Shown here in pieces: positions 23,440 to 33,856 of a stretch of DNA of 64,000 nt. A program made the position numbers and the translations under genes. The stretch comes from Oikopleura dioica (taxonomy: Eukaryota; Animalia; Chordata). How positions within the stretch are numbered: position 1 is the first letter of the stretch; the number at the start of each line of letters is the position of its first letter. The stretch covers positions 5,022,001-5,086,000 of the forward strand of contig OU015566.1 of assembly GCA_907165135.1 (NCBI GenBank), in the 5' to 3' direction. The notes under the pieces were generated by a model. The model searched no databases. It saw only the letters and a program-made list of their open reading frames with translations, and was not told the DNA's origin.

Positions 23440-24971
23440 ATGACCCAAATCGTCGCCTTCTCCGGAGACTTGTTGAATCGTCAGACGACGCTGAACAAGC
23501 GGCGCCACAGCCTGATCGCCTCGACGACAGACGAAGTGAAAAACTCCTTCAAAGATGTCAACTCAAATGACGGCCTCAAATTCCATTCCTCGGCTTGTTT
23601 CGAAACTGGAAATTTCCAGGTTAGAATCAGGCCATTTTCAAAATTGGGTAGACATTGCCAAATTTGGTGAACTTGAAAATTAACGGGGGTTTATCACGTC
23701 GAGGCTGGAGAATTTCGTCAGAGAGTACAAAGTCCTAATTTGTTAATTACAGTAATGTTGCTTGCAAACCTGTGAAAAAACCTGAGTCAGGGTTCTTCAG
23801 GGAAACTAAGCCGCGAACCTCTTTTAGAACCCTGACTCAGGTCTTCTAGACAGGTTGGCAGGTCATTATTTACTGTAAATGACAGACTAAGATCCTACGT
23901 CAAATCCTGTGTAGAAAACCTGAGTCAGGGTTCTGAAAGAGGTTTGCTGCTTAGTTTCCTCTTTCTGGACCCTGAGTCAGGTTTTCTACACAGGTTTTGA
24001 CACAGGGCCTTAGTCTGTCAATTACAGTAAATAGTGACCTGCCAACCTGTCTTAAAACCTGAGTCAGGGTTCTGAAGGTTCTGATTTTATTGTTTCGGGA
24101 CCCTTCATCAGGTTTTCTACACAGATTTCCGTACCAATAAGTCAACGCGTCATCAGTTAAAATGATCTTCTTTTTTCAACATTTTCATTTAGATGTCCCG
24201 ATACCCGACAAAAAGGTGCAATAACTACCCTCGATGCCACGAGTTCAACGTCAAACTCTTCCTCCATTCCGCCGACCCTTCCTCTGTCAAAGTACTCCTC
24301 CACCCCCTTCTTCCTCTATTCATCCCACTTTCAGGCAGGCTTGAACTCGATTCTCTCCGAAATGGACTTCAAATACGCCGACTCGTTGATCCTCGCCTTC
24401 GAAAAGAACATCAGCTCGAGGGAAATCAACAGAATCTGGAAAGAAGCGGAACAGCTGAAGTCGTCGGGGAAGGTTCAAACTATTGGCGTGGCGGATATGA
24501 CCATTGAGCAGATCAGGCACTTGTTTGATTGGTGCAGCATCAGGTTCGATTTTTCGATAGAAAATATTTGAACAGGGAAAATTCAGCCCTGACATGCTAC
24601 AAATCTGCCCGAGCACATACGACGAAGACTTCAAGGAGCAAAATTCGACCATCAAAGACATCATGACCTACGGCCACGAGCATCACCTAAGAATCACCAC
24701 TCATAAGTACGTTAATCTTATGTCAGGATAAGCAATCGTTATCGCTTCTTTGCGTAATTGTTCATTTAAGCGACCCGGTACTGGAATTTGAGGAACTGCA
24801 TCTCAAAGCCCCCGCCCTCGCCGAAAAATACTCCACTTCTTATATTGGTAAGCCAGTCTTTTCATACCTCCCTTCAAGCTTTTGTTCTCAGGTCGATATG
24901 TTCAAAGATCGAAGGACAGAAACATCATCACGATGAAAGGGTACTTTGCAGGGCTGAACGAGAAGGAATGA
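23440..24971 (+). CDS. GCLM: Glutamate-cysteine ligase modifier subunit
   Basis: SGDLLNRQ, VKLFL, IWKEAEQLKSSGKVQTIGVADMTIEQIRHLFDWCSI, LRITTHNDP and RYVQRSKDRNIITMKGY correspond to remembered GCLM motifs; multi-exon. Confidence 0.85.
23761..24130. mobile_element. Compound array of three CCTGACTCAGG MITE units in a GCLM intron
   Basis: Three hairpin units linked by inverted spacers (TACTGTAAATGACAGACTAAG / CTTAGTCTGTCAATTACAGTA). Confidence 0.8.
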
Positions 24972-25283
24972 TGCTAACGAGAGCTACAGTCTGTTTCGTG
25001 CGGATTACTGTTGAATACTTGAATACTGTTTGTTGAGTTGTTTCTATATCTATTTAAAAACGTCTGAAATCGGATTAAAAAATGATCTGGAAATGAATTT
25101 TTCGCTTATATTTTTTTTGCAAGCGGCAGCGAGTTTTCACAATCAGGAAATAATCTGCGGCAAATGTCAAATGAAAGCGCATAATTCTGAGATAAAGCCG
25201 AGATAATAACCAGCTTGTTCAATGATAATATATAAATCTATTTATTTTCCGCAAAAAATCATCAAAAACTAGAATGAAAAATA

Positions 25284-26841
25284 ATGACAAGTGTTAAATT
25301 TTTTGCAGCTTTTGTTATTTTTCTTTGTTTTTTAGTTTTTTATTCAACTAGTTTTCTCAGATTTGAGGAACAAAACGAAGATTCTTTAGTGACGGAGAGA
25401 ATAAATTTTGCCGAAAAAGAGAATCTCGAGGATCTTTTCGAAAGAAGAAAGAGAATTTACCATCGAGCTTGCTCCGCCCTGCCATTAATTCAAACCTTTC
25501 TTTTGAATAGCTCCTCATTTGAAAGTCTTCTGGATTTGCACCGGCGAATCCACGACACGGAAACTCCCCTTCCTGAAATTCCTGAAGTTTCCTGCATCGC
25601 AAACAATATTCCTCAATCTTCAGTTTTCAACCTGACTCAATCAATGGACCTCCTTATTTGCCTCCCACCAAAAGCCGGAACTTCGAATTGGCAGCGAGCT
25701 GGGCTCTGTAACCTGTGTCGAAAACCTGACTCAGGGTCTGAAAAATGTCTTGGGAAAGGATTTCTCAGACCCTGACTCAGGTTTTCTACTCAGATCGCAG
25801 AGCCCAGACAGCGAGCTTTAGACATTCATTATCTAAATTTGACGCAAGGAGATGTCGCCGCCCGAGAATTCAAAGAACGCCTGATAGACAACTCATTCAA
25901 AAACTCCAAATTGATCGATCTCTACGGTATCCTTCCTCGGCTCAGGCCTAAGCGGCTGCATAAATTGTCCCTGGAAAACAAGCCGGTAAAGACAACAGCG
26001 AAAAACCAAGTGGCAAACACAAGAAATCCGTTTTCAAGAGTTCATTCAGCATGGCACGATAAAATGAGAATCAACGCTGAACACAATCAGACATTCCGAG
26101 AGTATATTCAGGACTGGGCTCGGCAAACTGTGTAGAAAACCTGAGTCATGGTCAGAAATATCTTCCAGAGCCTGAGTCAGGTTTTCAACACAGATTGCCG
26201 AGCTCAGATTCAGGCAATCGAACCTCTCGAAATCGATCATCAATATATTCCAGGAAATGGTTTCGACTCGAAAACTCGAAAATTTCGAGAACGCCTCATT
26301 TTCGGTTCCTTTTTTTCGATCGTTTTTTCAACCATCACCAGCCGATTACTACACTAGCTTCGAAGCCTACGTCGAATACATCGCCTCAAACCCTGGCGAC
26401 TCAAAAATGAACGGGCACTGGAGAACAGCTTTCAATCTCTGCTCCGCCTGCGCGCTCGATTATTCCATCATCACACATCTCGACAACAGCGAGGAAGAAA
26501 TCCCCTTCGTCCTCGAAAAAATCAACCTCGCCGGGAAAATCGAAATCGCTGGGAAATATTCTTGGGACGGGACGAAGCGAATCAAAGATCAGCAAAAACT
26601 CGAAGAGGCGCGAAAGAAGGAGAAACCATCAGCCGAGCTGGAATGGAAAAATGTGCCGAGGAAGACTGCAGAATTGATTTACAAGCATTATTTTCTGGAT
26701 TTTGTCGTGTTTGGGTACTCTCCTGAGGATGTTCTGAAGTTTATCGAAGCCGCGGATTCTGGGAAAAAACGACCAACCGAAGAGAGAATACAGTTATCAA
26801 GGAGAGTTTTGAATAAATCAAAATACTTAATTAAAAATTAG
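25284..26841 (+). CDS. Carbohydrate sulfotransferase (Sulfotransfer_2/CHST-like), type II membrane protein
   Basis: N-terminal TM helix, 5'-PSB CLPPKAGTSNW, 3'-PB RNPFSRVHSAWHDK, NGHW...CSAC. Two MITE-derived introns; 3' end approximate. Confidence 0.85.
25699..25807. mobile_element. CCTGACTCAGG MITE with 8-bp TSD (GCAGCGAG/ACAGCGAG) in coding sequence
   Basis: Termini CTGGGCTC...GAGCCCAG, long imperfect TIRs, TSD 7/8 identical. Confidence 0.9.
26114..26207. mobile_element. CCTGACTCAGG MITE with 8-bp TSD (ATTCAGGA/ATTCAGGC) in coding sequence
   Basis: Termini CTGGGCTC...GAGCTCAG, TSD 7/8 identical. Confidence 0.9.
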
Positions 26842-26847
26842 GACAAA

Positions 26848-27261
26848 GATAATTTCAAAAAAATTTTTGCGGGTCGGGAAATCATAAAAAATCTGAAAGT
26901 GCAGTTTTCTTCAGCTCGTCGAGACGAGTCGAATGGTGGGTCAAACTCTTGATGACTCCAATGACTGACCGGTTAACCGGCAGTTTCCCGGAAAATACAT
27001 TTCCGGTCGCCGTTTTTGTTCTAGAAATGCTAGAATGACAAAAAAGCAGGAAACTGGTCCTTTTAGTTAGTTCTTCTGTGGGTGAAAAAATGAGAATCAT
27101 ATCTCTAACCATAAGATGCTTATCACTGAAATTCTATTTTCTCATGAAAATGGGACCGAAAACTAGGAAGGTGCAGCAACAACGAAATGATGAGCTGAAG
27201 AAAACTGCACTTTCAGATTTTTTACGATTTCCGGACCCGCAAAAATTTTTTTGAAATTATC
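26848..27261. mobile_element. MITE-like element with ~70-bp terminal inverted repeats
   Basis: GATAATTTCAAAAAAATTTTTGCGGGTC...CTTCAGCTC is mirrored at about 27191-27261. Confidence 0.8.
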
Positions 27262-28388
27262 ATAAATTATATAGTGATTTATTAAAATTAAAAAGAAATT
27301 AAATTAAAATAAGAATTTTAAAGACTAAAACAGTCGATTTAATAATTTAATTTCTTAATTTTAATAAAAACAATTTATTTTAAAAACTTCAAATTCAAGA
27401 AATCAACTTCACGAGAAAGAAGAAAGCTACCTCGAAAAATTTACAAATTTCATTTGCAATAAAGGATATTCTTGATATTTATCTGATAAAGATCTCTCTG
27501 CTTTTCATCAAAAATCTTGATTTTCCTTTTTTTTTTCTTCCAAATAAGGAATTTCCAGTTTCGTCTCGTTTCGCGTAATTGGGCGCGCTCGGCTCGCCCA
27601 CGACTCCAGCTCATCTCGATTTTTTTTTGCGCGCGAAGAAAAGAATCGATCACGACGATTTTGCGTTTTTCCTTCTTTTCATTTTCGTTTTTTGAAAGAG
27701 ATTTTGCTGAAAGAAGAAAAGAAAACACAAGATAACTTTTAGTCTAGAAATTTTGTAAGACTTCTTCAAAGTGACTTTTTTGCGAGAAAAGCGGCTCTAG
27801 AATGATTTTTTATAGGCAGAATTAATGGCTCATTTTTTTGTAAATTCTTGTGCTTTTTTGATAGAAAAATTGCTCTAGAATTCGCTTTTAGATCGATTTT
27901 TATATTTATAATTTGGTAAAATGACCAAAAGCTTGTAGTTTTTGTTCAAAACAGCGTTAGAATTTACTTTTTACAGTCATTTACGCGTTCTTATGTGATT
28001 GTCTTGAATTCGTTTTTTTGGAAATTTTCCAAAATAATCACCTGACGAAAAAATATAATTGGAGGTCTTATGACTCGCAATGATTGGATTTTTCGAGTTA
28101 TAGGATAATGGAGGAAGAGCGATTAATCGTCAGGAAAAACGTAAATACGGAAATTTCCGGTTCTTTGGGCTTTTCAAAGCGCCTTTTTACGTATTCAAAT
28201 GTCTCTTTTCTTTCTGAATGATCGATCGCTATACAATTATATCGTAAAAGCCGATTTTTGAGAGTGTGTAATTATAGTTATCTGAATGGAAAGAAAACTG
28301 CCTTTTTCAGCCAGATTTCGAGAGGCAGAATTTTCTTTTTATTCTGATTGCTTACAAATTGCCCTCATTTTTACCGACTTCCCGTGTT

Positions 28389-28597
28389 CTGGCCTCGGCA
28401 ACCTGTGTAGAAAACCTGAGTCAGGGTTTGAAAAAGCTGAGCGTGCAGCGGCTTCGCAAATACTACCATTAAAATCTATAAAAAATTCATGCGAAGCAGC
28501 TTTGCAGCTTCGTTTTTTAAAAAAGCCGCTGCGCGGCTTTTCATTTCAGCTCTTTCAGACCCTGACTCAGGTTTTCTACACAGGTTGCCGAGCCCAG
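28389..28597. mobile_element. Long-variant CCTGACTCAGG MITE with internal AAGCCGC repeats; TSD CCCGTGTT/CCCGTGCT
   Basis: TIRs and 8-bp TSD (7/8) read directly. Confidence 0.9.
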
Positions 28598-28888
28598 CCC
28601 GTGCTATCTTGGGCTGACTATCTTTTTGAAAACTGTCGCGAGAACTTGACCTGTGTAGAATCCTGAGTCAGGGGGTTTGTTTTTATTGCCCCAAGGAATC
28701 CTGACCCTGAAGCTTAAACCGGCCTCATTCGAAAATCTACAGCACTTTCGATATTAATTTTAAGGGTGGGGGCGTCCAATTAACTTGAATTTACGAGCCA
28801 CGAGCGGCAATAAAACGAGTAACTATTTAATTTTTCAGCCAGTCTCAATCGAAACGAAGATTTATCTCTCTATTATTTATGATGACAG

Positions 28889-30544
28889 CTTGATGCGAGC
28901 ATTTTTCGTCGAAAACTCACTCCAGGATTTTCTTTCTTTCAGATTGAGAAATTGAAAAGCAAAATCGGGCGAGAGTAAATCTTTGGAAAAAGGAGAAAAA
29001 AAGGAAGATTTATGGAATGGTTGAGGTCTACCGACTGGTCCAGCGTTTCGACCAGCGTCCTGAAGGGTTGAAGTTTCTACCGCCGCCGGATCAAGGGTAA
29101 TTTTCACCTGATTAGGCCCGATATTTGATACTTCAACCAGACCTTATCTACCAATTCTGTGCTTTGCAGCCTCTGCAGAAACCCTGGCTCAGGGTCTCCA
29201 GAATTAACGAATACATAGGCGGCTTTTGATTGAGATTTACTGACCCTGACTCAGGTTTTCTTTACAGAAAATTTGTTCAGAAAGCTGGAAGAAGCAGAAT
29301 CATCGGCGGCGAACAAGTTCACCCTCGACTGCGATGTCGAATTAAGAGGACTCGTCAAAAAAGTCGTCCAGGTTCGCTTCAAGCAATAATTTTCGAAGCC
29401 CAATTTTTGTTTCAGTTTTTCAACGAATTCGCGGACCGAAATATTCAATCGAAAAAGAAGCAAAATGTGAAAGAGCGGCGCCGTAACAAAACTCGTCTCA
29501 AGCAGAAACTCGTCAAAAACGCGGAGAAAAAGAGTTCTAGCGCCAAAGAAGAGGCAGCTCTGGTTCCGGCAATCCGAGAAGAAGTCAAGCCAAAGCCAGT
29601 TTATACTTCGCCCGAGCAATACTTGGTAAGCCAAACCTTTCCAAAAAAGGTTTAATGCCAATTCTAGCGCGATTCTATCCGTCTTCGAATCCCCGAGCAT
29701 CAACTGTTGCGGCACGTGACGCACCAATCAGAGTGGTACTTTCGACAGCGAAACGAGCTCCGCGCCCAGATTCCTGGCGAAGCAATTTACGCGAAACGCG
29801 ATTTCTTCCAACAACTTCCTGATCATCTTGTCGGTAAGAGAAGCTTTGGAATTATAAAACCTGAGTCAGGGTCTCAAAGATTTTTCAAGATTCTTTCACT
29901 GGGGAATCCCTAGTAGGGATCTTTCTGCCAGAAAGTTTCTGGCCCTGACTCAGGTTTCCTACACAGGTTCCCAAGCCCTCTGCTAAGTTCATCTTTAAGT
30001 GAACATCTTCAAAGAGCTGCCCCGGTCCGACTTGGCGAATCTGAAACTGGTGTGCCGCGATTTCGACTGGCTAATTCACGCGTACGATGTGTTACCCTTC
30101 GACTCCGGTTGGCGCCCCGGAAGAAAATACCGCGAAGATCGCTGCGAAAAATGCAAACGCGTACGGCAACGCGGCGATACTTCCATCTGCCGATTTCACT
30201 CAAAGGTAAGCCGACAAACGTCTTTTACTTCGGATGATAAAGAGTGGTTTTAGATGTTTTACGGAGACCCATGCTCAGGACCACAGAATTTCTATCTCTG
30301 CTGCCACAAAACTGACAAGAACGCGCCAGGCTGCGTAAGGTAAGTGCCCTGTTCGCCGATCTGTGTTGAAAACCTGAGTCAGGGTCTGAAAGATCTTTAT
30401 TCAAGGATTTCTCAGACCTTGAGTCAGGTATTCTACGCAGTTTGCCTCTTTATCCATCTTCTTTATCGTTGAATTCAAGCTGACTCTATTTTCAGACACG
30501 AGAAGCACGACAACTGGTACCTCAATAATCGAAACGATCCCTGA
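28889..30544 (+). CDS. F-box protein, FBXO46/FBXO34-like (start approximate)
   Basis: F-box FFQQLPDHLV|VNIFKELPRSDLANLKLVCRDF, then DSGWRPGRKYREDRCEKCKR...CRFHSK...YLCCHK...PGC...HDNW, resembling the remembered FBXO46/34 C-terminus. Confidence 0.75.
29175..30447. mobile_element. Three further CCTGACTCAGG MITE copies (about 29175-29265, 29857-29975, 30350-30447) in introns of the F-box gene
   Basis: AAAACCTGAGTCAGGG...CCCTGACTCAGGTTT hairpins. Confidence 0.8.
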
Positions 30545-30914
30545 AAGAAGGCTTCCCTTTCCAAAATTTCATCCCTCGCTCTCGTCAAGAATCATCTTCG
30601 AGCAATCACTATCCTCTCACTCTTCAATTTTACTATTTATAGCGACCACACAAAACCAAAAACGTATCTTCCTAATATCCCTTTCAAAAGTACAGTAAGG
30701 GCAGTAACTGTATGTTTTGCACAAAAAACAGACTACATTCAAAGTTCATTTACGCTCTATTCTTCATTTTATGTGCGCGCGCTTCATAATTTCAATTAAA
30801 AAAAGAATGATTTTGATAAACTGAAAGAAATCACCATTTTTGCACAACCATTTATCGAATAAAATCTCAGTACCGTAAGCTCTTGTGTCATTCTATCCCA
30901 GTTTCACCGCTCTA

Positions 30915-31205
30915 CAGATGTCTTTAGATCTCTAGGTGTCCACGGAGGGCTCGATGTCGTGACTCAGGACTCTGGAGATATCTGGAGATGTCTGGAAATG
31001 TCTGTTCATTTCGGGAGAGGTCTTGAAATGTCTGAAGATCTGTGGATGTCCCTCTCTCTCTTGAGATATGTGGAAATGTCTTGTAGACATTTTCTACCTA
31101 GAAGAATAACATCTAAATGTTCGCAGATGTCTTTTGCAATCCCTTGATGTTTTCAGCTGTCGAGAGACTGATGACCACAGATGTCTAAAAATGTCAACAA
31201 ATGTC
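30915..31205 (+). repeat. Degenerate (A/G)ATGTC(T) repeat tract
   Basis: More than ten AGATGTCT/AAATGTCT-like units at irregular spacing upstream of the DEK-like gene. Confidence 0.6.
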
Positions 31206-31214
31206 AACTAACTG

Positions 31215-32777
31215 ATGGCCCTTGATAACCATTCGACTGAATTCAGATTGAGAAAATATCAACTGAACCTCTTTATTGACGCGTTCCTTGAATCGTATGA
31301 CCTCGGAAATGCCGATCTTCGATCAGAAGATCGAAATTCTTTATGTGAAGCGAAAATCGAAGCAAGTGGAGCGCTTCCAGTCCGAAATAACGCCCACCAA
31401 AACTAGGAAAACGCCAAAGAAGGTTGTTTCTACCTTCTCAAATGAGTTTCTCTAACATATGTTCAGCCAGCGAATTTCGAAGGCAGAGGAATCGGACTCG
31501 CAGTGTCGAAGATGGAGGGCGTTTGCTCGGTAAGATCCTCGAAAAGAAGGCATTGATTGAGATTTCCATAATTCTAGCGAATCGACATGGAAGCAGAAAT
31601 GGAGCTGAAAACCGTCTACTACGTCTTCTACCTCCGCCGCCGAGTCGCCAAAGCAGACGTCAAGGACAAACTCAAGGCTTTTAACGGCTGGCCCTTTTCT
31701 GCCGCTTCCAAGCAATATGCAAAAGCGCTTGAAAATCTCCTGAATGTAAGACTGAGTCCCTTAAATATCCCTTATATTCCATCTCTAGCTGACGACGCCT
31801 TGCATACAATGGGTAATGAACATCATCGGATTAACGATTCACGCAAACGACCAGAAAGAACATCTGATTCAACGACTAGCTGAATGGTGTCTAAGACCAA
31901 TTGATAATGGCGACTTTTTCATACCGTAAGTTTAAAACTTGCGGAATGGAAGGATAAGCAGCTTTGTAGTGTGGCTGATCCGATGCCTTTTATGGAAAAC
32001 GACCACCGTAAAGCTCCGAAATTAGAGTTCGAGGAAGACAACATGCTCGAAGTCGGCAGGGGCGAAAACGGCGCGCCGGTGATTTTGAGCAACACGATCG
32101 CTGGAGAATTCGATCTGAATCGAAACGGCTACTCTCGAGTTCCGCACATTTCCCAGTAAGCCGCTTTTTGTCGATTCTTTTTCAATTCTCATTTTCTAGC
32201 ACACCTTCGTCTCCCTCTTTTGCGGCGCCTTACACCCCTCGTGCTGTTCCGATGCCGGTGACAACGACTCCAAATATCAATCGTCCTCTCGTCTCTCCGG
32301 AAAATCCTCGTCTCCCGCCAAAGAAGCGGATTCGAAACCGTCACACTCCAGCCGAAACGGTCGATCTTACAGGAACGGTCAACCTTTCATTTTCCTTATC
32401 AAAGAAGACGTTCGAAATCTAGACCTTTCTATAGACGAGCATATTCCAACAGAAGAGGAAGTAATTGCCGTGATCAGAGATGTTCTCACCGTTGAAAACT
32501 CTAAGAAACTTACTCTTCCTTACGTGAGTCAAAGAATAAATGACATAAGTGATGATTTTCGTTTCAGATCCGGATGATGATTTGCCGAAGATATCCCGAT
32601 TTCAACATCGATTCTGACGCCCAACGAAGCTGGATCAAAGAACTAGTTCTGGATCAACTCCAGCTCAAGAAAGCGGAAGAAAGAGCCGCCAAAGAAGCCG
32701 CGAAACGAGCTGCTGATGCCGCGGAGAAAGAGGAACAGAAAAATGAGCATTTCTATGGAGCAGAACTGCAAGAATGA
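31215..32777 (+). CDS. DEK-like chromatin protein (start approximate)
   Basis: ELKTVYYVFY...VKDKLKAFNGWPFSAASKQY resembles the DEK central domain. PTEEEVIAVIRDVL...ICRRYPDFN...RSWIKELV resembles DEK_C. Confidence 0.65.
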
Positions 32778-33856
32778 ACGACCCTGAAGAATGAAAAAAA
32801 GATCGGCTTTTTTTGCTGATTTAGCCCAATTTTGTTCCTTTCAACCTTTTTCCTGAAGAAAATTAATTTCATAACTTTCTAAATAAATATATTTTATTTA
32901 TTGAATACTTCCGATACCTTTCTGACGATAGAAAACGACCTGTTCCACTTTTCATCATCCTTTTTGTTTAACTTTACAGATTAGACCCTATTCAAAAAGT
33001 ACCATCAAGGGGTTTTCCCCTTCATTTCGATGGTTCTATCTTTGGTATTTTCTGCTTCAGCTCAAAATTGAAAATTTTTCAATTCAAACATTTATTTTCG
33101 CGACGTTCTGCCTGCGACTTTTTTACTTTATACTTGTCATTATTACTTTTATTTCAACGTTTATCCCTTCAACTTAGATTCCGGACCCTTACTGCAGCAA
33201 ACAGTATTCAAGAAAAAAGACTCTTGTTCTCCTATTGTTCCTATTTCAGACATTTTATTTCTTTATTTGTACAAATCCCGCATTTTCCTCCGTGTTTTCA
33301 TGACCAAAGGTCGCTCCCAATATTGCCGATTATACTGTCGTCTTTTTTGAGACAAGATTGATGGTCAAACTTGGGATGGAAGTCCAAAGATAGTCGATTT
33401 TCGAAGCTTTCTGAAAGAGTTCGAAAATCGACCATCTTTGGCATTTCTTATCAAGTCTAATCATCAATCTTGTCCTTAAAAAGACCATATACAATCGACA
33501 AACTTGGGAACGGCATCTGGAATCCCACAGACTTTAATTTCATCGTTTCTTTATTTTTTTGTTTTCTCTTTTATTTTTGACATTCAAATTCATTGAAAAA
33601 ATCCATCAACTTAAAAAAAAGTGTGAAAAAATCACATGTTTTCAATTCAAGATTGATATGATATCATTATTCCCTACCATACACATACAGTAAATATAAA
33701 CTGTGACTGTCCCTGTCTAAATAATCTCTGGAATTGAGAATAAACGCCTGTTATGCTCGTTTTAGAGTTTTCCGCAAATCAATTTCTTTTCCCAAAAAAG
33801 CGGTATGTTTCGGAAAAAGATCGATTGAACTTTTCTTTTTGTTTATTTTGGTATTT

